NCBI GenBank assembly: GCA_054661495.1
Contig: BAAFSQ010000306.1
Coordinates: 1 to 11,696 of the forward strand
DNA: 11,696 nt
Direction of reading: 5' to 3'
From: Zygophlyctis sp. KS116
Taxonomy: Eukaryota; Fungi; Chytridiomycota
The position numbers and the translations under genes are program-made. A model generated the notes under the pieces. It worked only from the letters and a program-made list of their open reading frames with translations, had not been told where the DNA came from and made no database searches. Positions 1-8,734 of the stretch are shown here, piece by piece; the first letter of the stretch is position 1; every line of letters begins with the position of its first letter.

Positions 1-77
1 CAGGAGTCGCTGATCATGAAACTAGTATTGCCATTCTTGTAGGGAATTTACTCTATAAAACAGTGGATATTAATGAA
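1..77 (+). repeat. Left copy of an exact 77-bp inverted repeat at the window ends
   Basis: 1-77 is the exact reverse complement of 11620-11696; the first mismatch is at position 78 versus 11619. Confidence 0.98.
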
Positions 78-477
78 TATACATAGTCTTTTGAGTTTTT
101 TGTAATGGTTTATGATGAAATGAAGGTAGGTGATCATGACAGCTTGTTCCACCAGTTTGTTCCACAAGAGAGTCTTGGCAGATTTAATCCTATTGAATCT
201 TTTTCATGCGGGTTAAATGTGTTTTTTTCTCTTACCTTCCCGCGTGAAAAAGATTCCATAGTTTCAATTTAGTTTCCATTAAATATGCAAATATTAGCAA
301 ATTGTCCGAAACTGCGTCCGAAAGTCCCAAATCGTCACGTTTTTACATTTAGCCTTGAATGATTTGCATACCAATAAAAAATATATGTATTGAAAATGTC
401 AAATAAAGTATTTATTTCTTATTTGCTCATACCACTTAAATTAAATTCAGGAGGAGGATGACCAACCTTTATAAGTA

Positions 478-512
478 TGACGTCAACAGAAAGCATTGTT
501 CTCGAGAACAAT
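478..512. promoter_or_regulatory. Candidate regulatory sites upstream of the lectin-LRR gene: CRE/ATF octamer and a perfect 18-bp palindrome
   Basis: TGACGTCA at 478-485 and ATTGTTCTCGAGAACAAT at 495-512, which ends 30 nt before the ATG. Function is inferred only. Confidence 0.4.
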
Positions 513-542
513 ACGTAAACTTCAAAAGTTAAACAATATAAA

Positions 543-3500
543 ATGATTTCGATCTCCTTTAAGAAATCTATCTTGGCATTGGCTCTAGCTGCACTTATAG
601 CTGGAGTAAATTCCCAGGCTGTGAACACAGCAATACAATCACATGAAATCAAGGTTATTATTGCCGTCGATAATCGCTATAAATTAACGGTTGATGGGCA
701 GACAATTCCGGTAAATCCTAACTATGCTTGGTATATGATCAATACTCATAAGTTTACCGTGACAGGAGATGGGCCATGGGTAGTAGCTGTGGATGGTATT
801 GATGAAGGAGTTATTGCGGGCTTCGTTGGCGCAGTTTATGTTGACGGTGTATTGAAGGCAGCTACGGGAACTACTGATCCTGGAATAACTGATTTCAAAA
901 CAATACTAAATCCAACCGCTGGATGGAATCAGTCTGCAAGTTTTGATGATTCACTATGGGCTCTACCAGCAATATGCAGTGCTCAATATTGGGGAGGCTA
1001 TTTGGTTAACAACTTTAGAACTCAAACAAAGACCAATGCTTCTGTCGTATGGTTAGAATCTTGCGGAAAATTTTGGATCACAGCGTACTTTCGAGCTACT
1101 GTGGCTCCTGCAATTAAAATCCTTCCAGAATATTGCGATTCAAACTCTCCACAGTGCTGCCATGTTGTCCGTATGTGGCAATTGCTAGGAAATACAACTA
1201 CAGTTGACCCCAATATCAACAATAGCTGTTGCTCTATGGCTGGAGTTACTTGCAATACAGATCTTGGAACAGTCTTAACGTTGAATTGGACCTCACAAGG
1301 TCTGTCCGGAATAATCCCTTCGAATATTGGAAATTTGCCAGATTTACAAAATATGTAAGTCTACTTGCGAATTGAAATATAAGTGACTTGAGTAACAATC
1401 ATCTTACTGGCACGATCCCAACCCAGATTGGAAAATTGACCAATTTGCAAAATCTGTAAGAATTTTTGGAAAGTAATATTTAAGTAACTTTACGAATAAT
1501 CAAATTTCAGGAGGTATTATCTCTCAGATTGGGAATTTGACAAATTTGATGACGCTGTAATATTTTTAATCTAAAAGACAAAGTGGTCTAGCCAAAAATA
1601 AACTCTCGGGACCAATCCCTCCAGAAATTGGAAAGTTGAACTATTTGGTTGAACTGTAAGTATTTTGCGAATTTAACTCTTAGTAATGTAAACAGCAATT
1701 TCCTCTCCGGAGTAGTTCCAGCTGAGATTGTTGACTTGCCAAATTTGCGAACTTTGTATCCATTGTTTTATTTTTGAAATTATAGAGTTGTTTCTAACAA
1801 TGTGGATCTCACTGGATATATAATCACCAGATGCGGGGCGACTGTGAATGTGTAAATATATCATATTTAAGATTTTTAGAAGAACAGAAGGTACGGGGTC
1901 CACTTTTCGTAGCTGTGTGAATTCTTGCGATTCTTCTTCCCCTCAATGCTGCTGGGCTATCCGAATTTGGAAATTGCTTGGAAAGAATACTACAGCAGAC
2001 TCTACTACTCAAAATGGTTGCTGTTTCTTGCCTGGAGTGACTTGCAATGCTGATCTTGGTACCGTTACGAAAATTGCTTGGAGCAAAATGAGTCTTTCAG
2101 GGCCTTTGCCTTCGGAAATTGGAAAATTGTCGAATTTGAACTCGCTGTAAATATTTCTATATACTAAAAGTAGAGTGACCTTACGAACAATCAGCTCACG
2201 AGATTCATTCCTAAAGAGATTGGCGCTGCAAAAAGTTTGAATTGGCTGTAAATAATTCCTACGTTAAAAATACAGTGATCTTTCTAACAATCAACTCACG
2301 GGATCTATTCATAAAGAATTTGGAAATTTAACAAGTTTGACTTATCTGTAAATTTTTCCTAATGTTAAAATTACAGTAATCTTTACAACAATCAACTCAC
2401 TGGATCTTTTCCAAAAGAAATCGGAAATTTAACAAGTTTGACTGACATGTATTTATAGGCTAGATTTAATATTAAAGTGGTCTGGGTCGAAATGGACTTA
2501 CAGGCTCAATTCCTGGAGAAATTGGAAATTTGATCAATCTGCGTGTACTGTAACCATTATCAATTTTAAATTCTAGTGATTTGCATATGAATCAATTGAC
2601 GGGATCGATTCCTAGAGAAGTAGAAAACTTAGTAAGTTTGACCGTCCTGTAAATATCTAATAATTTAAAAATTAAGTGTGTTGGATCGAAATTATCAAAT
2701 GTCTGGAGCGATTCCTTCCGAATTCGGAAACATGAAAAATTTGGTTAGTAGCAGCATGATTTACCTTTCTCTTTCAGGTGTTGTTCCTGCATCCATCGGA
2801 AATTTAACAAATTTAGTTGAACTGTAACTTTTTTATCATTAATTCAAGGTCTATCGTTGGCAAATCTATCTCAGGACCAATTCCAGCAACGATCGGAAAT
2901 ATGAAGAAGCTGAAAATTCTGTACATAATCACTGCAAATTTACATTTTAGTAATCTTTCGAACAATAGAATAAATGGAACAATCCCATCAACTATCGGCG
3001 CCATGGCCAGCTTACAAAATGTGTAATTTTAATTGAAATTCATAGACAGTTATCTTTCACACAATATATTAAATGAAACAATTCCCAAAGAGATTGAAGA
3101 ATTATCTCAGCTTCGGAATTTGTAAATTTATCATTCTAATTCTTAAGTGCAATTTCTGGAAATGCGAATTTGACTGGAGATTTTTACCCGCGATGTGGAG
3201 TGGCAGTGTAATCATTTTTAAATTAATACAGTAGCCAAGCTCAAGGTACAGGAATTACTCTGCGTAATTGTGTAAACTATTGTGATTCGTCTTCATTTGA
3301 ATGTTGTTGGGTTATACGCTCCTTGAGATTGATGGGAAAAACTACTACGGTAAATGATGTGAGTAGCAATGGCTGCTGTATGATGACTGGTGTAACTTGC
3401 TCGGGAACCCAATCTAATGTTACTTGGATAAGTTGGCCCAATCAAAATCTTACTGGCTCAATACCTGCCGATTTAGGCAACATTAAAAGTTTGCAGAAGC

Positions 3501-4267
3501 TGTAAAATAATCAAGATTTAATTATTAGATATTTAAACAACAATGATTTAAGCGGGCCCATTCCTATATCGGTTGGAAATTTACCAAAGTTAGAGGAGCT
3601 GTAGAAATTGATAAACTAATAATTTATAGTGCTGTTTACAACAACACAAATTTGAACGGAAGCTTTAAGACAAAATGCAGCATCACAATGTAATTTTCCT
3701 ATATTTATGAAAAGATATTCTGCAAATACATCCATTACGATTGAAAAAACAGAGGAGTTGCATTGTATATCTGCCTTAAATACTGAGGTACAGAATCCGC
3801 GTGAAATTAAGGTTACTATTGCCGTTGACAATCGCTACAAATTAACGGTTGATGGACAGACTGTTTCTGTAGATCCCAGTTATTGGTGGGGAATGATCAA
3901 TACTCACAAGTTTACTGTGACAGGAAATGGTCCATGGGTAGTTGCAGTAGAGGCAATTGATGAAGGAGCTGTTGCTGGCTTTCTTAGTGCCGTATATGTA
4001 GACGATGTTCTGAAGGCAGAGACAGGTACTACTGATCCTGGATTAGCAGCTTTTAAGACAGTACTCAATCCATCCACTGGATGGAATCAGTCTACGAGTT
4101 TTGATGATTCACTCTGGTCAAAACCAGCGCTTTGCGTTACTAACCCATGGGGTGGCCTCATCAACAACTTTAGAGCTCAAACCAAATCCAATGCTTCTGC
4201 GGTATGGTTGGAATCTTGCGGAAAAATATTGATTACAGCTAAGTTTAGAGTTGTTGTGGCAGCGTAA
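543..4267 (+). CDS. Secreted lectin-like/LRR mosaic protein, 21 exons, about 1055 aa: signal peptide, jelly-roll lectin-like domain, 3 x [Cys-rich N-cap + 24-aa LRRs + C-cap], second lectin-like domain
   Basis: Hand-spliced exons: 543-1354, 1384-1455, 1485-1556, 1584-1655, 1684-1755, 1786-1851, 1880-2146, 2176-2247, 2276-2347, 2377-2448, 2478-2549, 2577-2648, 2677-2823, 2849-2920, 2951-3022, 3050-3121, 3148-3207, 3235-3501, 3529-3600, 3630-3689, 3715-4267. Total 3168 nt in one open frame, all introns GT-AG. The N-terminus MISISFKKSILALALAALIAGVNSQ is signal-peptide-like. Repeats fit the plant-specific LRR consensus LxxLxLxxNxLSGxIPxEIGxL. No transmembrane segment is seen. Intron 7 needs a GAG acceptor, and introns 6 and 17 have in-frame NAGNAG alternatives. 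Confidence 0.85.
645..1110 (+). other. Lectin-like beta jelly-roll domain, copy 1 (N-terminal)
   Basis: Motifs IAVDNRYKLTVDG, VVAVDGIDEG..AGF and GWNQSASFDDSLW resemble the xDN.(Y/F).L.VNG...GW....FDDS.W pattern of galactose-binding-like jelly rolls (Pleurotus-type lectins, glycosidase accessory domains). Assignment is from motif recall, not a search. Confidence 0.6.
1355..3714 (+). repeat. Array of about 100-bp units (72-nt LRR exon + 25-30-nt phase-2 intron) organised in three modules
   Basis: Thirteen exons are exactly 72 nt. The intron always interrupts the same codon (LxxL|xLxxN). N-cap exons 7 and 18 are both 267 nt with the chosen acceptors, and the C-cap exons are 66, 60 and 60 nt. 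Confidence 0.92.
3803..4267 (+). repeat. Lectin-like domain, copy 2 (C-terminal), a diverged direct repeat of 645-1110
   Basis: Clear DNA and protein similarity, e.g. AATCGCTAyAAATTAACGGTTGATGG and CTGGATGGAATCAGTCT are shared; EIKVTIAVDNRYKLTVDGQT aligns with EIKVIIAVDNRYKLTVDGQT. Confidence 0.95.
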
Positions 4268-4299
4268 AATCTTGCATGATTTATATCATTGATAAGTGA

Positions 4300-4333
4300 T
4301 ATTTGCAGGAAAATAAAAATGGATTGCATTAAT
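4300..4333 (+). terminator. Probable polyadenylation region of the lectin-LRR gene
   Basis: AATAAA lies about 45 nt after the stop, within TTTGCAG..AATAAAAA..ATTGCATTAAT, a block conserved again after the relic's stop (about 4985-5017). Confidence 0.5.
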
Positions 4334-4606
4334 TTTGAAATGAGGTGAGATTTTTTTCCACGGATAATTAAATTTATTGAGTAATAAGCATAAAGATCTC
4401 TAGTCATTGCAATGGATGTCAAAATTACTAGCTTGATGCCTTATAGCATCTGCCATCTTTTATTCTGTCAACGCTCTGCGGAGCCAGTCTGAGAAGGATT
4501 CGGATCTGTTTCTTGCGAAGGCGTTGATTGATCTTAAAATGGAGCTGCTGAAATAATTTGAAATGACGGTTATTCAGGAGAAAGTCTTAAAACGTATAGT
4601 TTTTAG

Positions 4607-4975
4607 CTCTTGTTCAGATCTATCCATCGAATATTAAATGTATCCGCAATAATTATGGGGGTAGAATCTCAAGTTACTTGTGATTCCTCATCTTCGGACT
4701 GCTGTTGGGTTATCGGCAACTGATGGATCGGGAAAGCGACAGATCCTGGCATTATTGATTTCAAAACAATACTTAATCCATCCGCTGGATGGAATCAGTC
4801 TGCAAGTTTTGATGATTCACTTTGGTCTATACCAGCAGTCTGCAATATCAACCCTTGGGGAGGTTGGCTAAGTACCTTCCGGTCTTTAACAAAGTCGAAT
4901 GCGTCGGTGGTGTGGTTAGAATCTTGTTGGAAAGTCTGGATAACAGCCTACTTTAGAGTTGTTGTATCGGCTTAA
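4607..4975 (+). pseudogene. Internally deleted paralog of the lectin-LRR gene (signal-peptide remnant + Cys-cap fragment + C-terminal half of a lectin-like domain)
   Basis: One frame reads LLFRSIHRILNVSAIIMGVESQVTCDSSSSDCCWVIGN*WIGKATDPGIIDFKTILNPSAGWNQSASFDDSLWSIPAVCNINPWGGWLSTFRSLTKSNASVVWLESCWKVWITAYFRVVVSA*. There is an in-frame TGA at 4721-4723 and no ATG ahead of the signal remnant (TAG at 4604-4606). The downstream 3'UTR also resembles that of the intact gene. Confidence 0.85.
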
Positions 4976-5076
4976 AATTGGATTTTTGCAGCAGAATAAA
5001 AAGTCAATTGCATTAATCTATTATCAAGATGACATACAGTCCAATCCTGCATTACGAGATAGAAATATAAGTATAT

Positions 5077-8000
5077 TTAATTAATCATTCCCAATGCCCG
5101 CCTAGTCTTCATTTTTGGCAATTTGGAACAGTTTTCTTGATTTTCTTGATCTTGGTTCTCAACAAATGGCGAATTTAATTCAGAATAGATTTGATCGCCT
5201 CCAAGTTCTGCAATAATGTCTTCATGACTTTTAGTTAGTGTCCATGACGATGGATATCTACTATTGAATAATATATGCTTACTCAAACGCTCTCCTCTTT
5301 GGTGTTACCCCACTCGATTGATCTGCATCCAACTTTCTTATTTGAATTTCTTTGTACAATTTTGATATTTCTGTCCTAAAATCTTTTAATAATTCTTGTT
5401 CCGTTTTGTGAATACAATTTGTCTTGTCTTTAATACTTGAATATGACTCTTGTAGTGTTTTTTTAACCTTCTGAGTCCCAGCTTCGATAAAATCTAGAGA
5501 TCCGTCAAAGGATATTTGGGCCGTTTTTAAAATATCTGACATATAGCTTTTAGATTCATTAACATTATCGATCACTATTTTTCAGTAAAAAATTCATGAT
5601 ATTACTTTTTGATAATGAACTTATCGATAAAGATAGATTTTTTTCCATTTTAGCTCGTTGCTCATTTCCCAAAGATTCTGCTTCTTTTTGAGATGCTTCC
5701 ATATCCGAACAAAAACCATTTAAATAGTTCAAATTGATCTAAATCCTGAATTCAAATGATATACCTTCATATTCTTCTCAAGAATATCTATTGTTTCACA
5801 ATATTCCTCTGCTTTACAAGACAAAAAATTATCAAATTCTGATTGCTCTCTTTTCTGTTGCTGTTTATTCCATTCCCCTGAGGCTAAGTTTTCGGCGATT
5901 TCAGTTGCAAACATCGCATTGGTAGCAGAAACTAAACGATTTAGCCTCTCTTCATTTTTGCTAAAGATTTCCCCAGATTTTTGACAAACTATGTTTAAAA
6001 AGCTTTCTTTTTCTTCCAACATTGTTGATCGCATTGAGTCAATCGTCTGATTAAGGATTTCAACATGTTTTTCCAGCTTTAAATTCTAATATTATTTCCA
6101 ATTGGAGTTTACCTTCTCCAAAAGTCGTTTCTCTCTCCATGAATAAGACTCATTCCCTCCACTTAATGCTTTTTGGAAAAAATCTTTCAATTTTTTACTG
6201 GAATCACTTAAAATTTCCTGAATATGTTGATTAGCATTCAGTTGCTATGATTAGCATAATAAAGTTACTTGTTCTTTTATCTGTGAAATAGCAGATATTA
6301 TATGTTCAGCCGTTTTTCGATCTTTCGCTTGTTGTAATTCGAACGCTTTCTCAAAATTAATAATTGTGGTGTTCAAATCCTTAGCAACAGTATCTAAAGC
6401 AAATACATTTTGTTCAGAAGAAGTCGATACGAAAGTTTGAAAAGTATTGAATAAATCTTTTTGTGCTTTTAGCTGACCAGATATATCCATTTTAAGGCTA
6501 TTAATAATCTAAATAATATAAATGGATTTGCTATATACCTCAGACTTTTGAATATAACTTTGAGACATAATATCCTCTAAATTCATTAATGAATCGTTTC
6601 TTTGGCTATGTGCATTTCCAATCCTTTGTTCCAGATTTTCAATATGATGATGTAAGATGTCTTGCATTGATGTGAAACTCATTAAATTTCTCGCCTCCAA
6701 AGTTCTTTTACGATCTAAAATAGAATTAATTAAGTGACGTTTACCTAGAGCAACATGTACAATCTCTAAATCATTGACGGTTTCGGAAATTGTACTAACG
6801 AGTCCACCTGCAATCTTGTCCAGCTTTTTCTCAGTTTGTTGGTACGCACTGTATCATTAAATGTTCAAAATTATACCCAAGGATTATTTTCTGCTGCTCT
6901 AAAGATAATTGCAGATTCTTGAGATCGATTAACGCTAGTGAAAGTCCATTCTTTTTCGCATCTAATTCCTGTATTGTTTCCTCCAATCGAAACTCGGAAT
7001 TGTTGAGTCTCTTTTCTGTTTCTGCAAACTTTTCATTAAGAGTATTGATTTGCTCCTGCTTGAAAGCTATTGAATTTGTAATTTCCTCGATTCGTGCTTG
7101 ACGTCCTTGATTTTCTAGAAGTAGCAAATCATAGTTCTATCATTTCAAAGTTACTTAATTTACCTCTGATGACATATATATCCCATTTTTATCCCTTGTA
7201 GCCTATTAAAGTTAATATAATAGAATATACCAGTAGATCTGCCTTTAATCGTTCAATTTCAGTAACATATTCCTTGATCAATGCGCGTTTAGTCATTCTC
7301 TGATTTACTTCTGGCTTATTCCTTATATTCTTTGCACGATGAGCATATTCAAGGGTAGATAATGTTTCTTCAAGATTACATTTTGCTGGAGAAACTGCTG
7401 CAATAATACAAGTCTTTGTCCGGCCTCCTAGAGAATCTTGTAAAAGCCTTGTTAGCTTGCTTTCACGATACGGAATATGAGGTGAACGTTCAACCAATGC
7501 ATTGATGACTCTTCCAAGAGTTAACAAACTTTGATTGATCATGCCTGCTTCTTTTGCCCGCTTATTTTCTGCTCCAGATCTTCCAATATTCTCTGATCCG
7601 GCTAAATCAACCAAATTTAGTTTTCCAACCTTTAGTAGTTCTTCCCCTTCTGGTGTGGTTTCCTTTATATGTATTGTAACTGAAAATATACAATGAGAAC
7701 GACTACCGATTACTGAAAGAAACAAACCTGGACATTTCATTCAACTTTGTAGCTGCCATTTGCTTTTTCTTTGATCCTTTTTCCAAAATACTCAAGACAT
7801 CAAGAGTATTTTTTACTGTTATTTCTTCCAATCCTTGAATAACAACTGCCCCTTTCCTGGCCAAATCTTCAAAAACTCTCAATTTCTTAAAATCGTCTGG
7901 GGCAGATAGCAGATCTTTAAGCTCCTCATTGTAAAGCTCTATAAACTAGATTGAGATTGTTGTAAATACCGAAACACGAACAGAATACTCTGCTATATCC

Positions 8001-8402
8001 TTTTCTAGAGACTCGAATAGTGAAATAAGAGATCTAGGAATAATACCTGCATTAGAAGATGATGGTGTATCGCCTAACATTGTGAAAGTCTTCCCTGTTC
8101 CCGTTTGTCCATACGCAAAAACAGTTACATTATAGCCTTCCAAGACCTCTGAGAGCATTCCGGACATAACTTGATCATACACTTGTTCCTGTGAAGCGTC
8201 AGCACTGATGACTTTATCAAATGTATACGTCTTTGTGCATTCATTAAGAGTTTTAATAGTAAGTTCCTTTGAATTCGGAGTTGTGATAATATTTTGAGAA
8301 TTTTCTTTAATCTCTTTGCTACTTCTGGGTCTTTTTATAAGATATAGAATATAACTACCTGACTCTTACAACAACCTGGACATTTGTTTCGCCAGAAGAC
8401 AT
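5077..8402 (-). CDS. bimC: Kinesin-5 (BimC/Cin8/Cut7/Eg5-KIF11 family) bipolar spindle motor, multi-exon
   Basis: Starts [16 protein letters not shown] (ATG 8402-8400, intron 8331-8358). P-loop [11 protein letters not shown], switch I NEMSSRSH (across intron 7703-7727), switch [40 protein letters not shown], neck [11 protein letters not shown], a long coiled-coil stalk and a tail BimC box SGVTPKRR. Stop at 5077-5079. Confidence 0.96.
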
Positions 8403-8689
8403 TTGGATAATCAAAACGCGCCGAGCTCCGTCGTTCATGAATATATTGTGATTAAATTTTGATCGTAGATTTCTTTCAGATAAAATTTTACTTTTTGTTG
8501 ATTGCGTTCAGAAAATTTTCCAGCTGGTGCTGCTTGGATAGTGCTTGGCAGACGAAATATCTAATATATGCTTAGTAGGCCGGGTGAGGGGGGTCGGTCA
8601 AATAGTTGGCAGACAGAGGTAACCTTTTCGAAAAATTCAATAATTTTATATGAGAATATTATATGAGACGCACATATAAAACACTAAAA

Positions 8690-8729
8690 ATTTAATTGCG
8701 GCAAGCCTGCCGAGGATTTAATTGCGGCA
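8690..8729 (+). repeat. 14-bp direct repeat ATTTAATTGCGGCA x2
   Basis: Copies at 8690-8703 and 8716-8729, ending 5 nt before ATG 8735. Confidence 0.85.
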
Positions 8730-8734
8730 CTTTT

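Noticed and set aside
449-461. AGGAGGAGG-ATG resembling a bacterial Shine-Dalgarno start
   Set aside because: The context is eukaryotic and intron-rich, and the following frame is short.
2744-2777. Intron-like GTTAGT...CTTTCTCTTTCAG inside exon 13
   Set aside because: Removing these 34 nt shifts the frame and destroys the following LRR, whereas the unspliced sequence reads through as a sensible repeat.
1355-3714. The roughly 100-bp periodicity as a CRISPR array or DGR-like repeat system
   Set aside because: The periodicity is fully explained by 72-nt LRR exons plus introns. No cas or reverse transcriptase gene is present, and differences among the lectin copies are not adenine-specific.
419-4871. 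Short track ORFs 419-652, 1022-1255, 1673-1903, 1824-2012, 2813-3004, 3616-3831, 4177-4422 (-) and 4680-4871 (+)
   Set aside because: They are antisense or off-frame shadows of the lectin-LRR gene and its relic, with no recognisable motifs.
8413-8422. ACGCG (MCB/E2F-like) cell-cycle element near the kinesin start
   Set aside because: It is a single 5-bp core only about 14 nt from the ATG, which is too weak to support.
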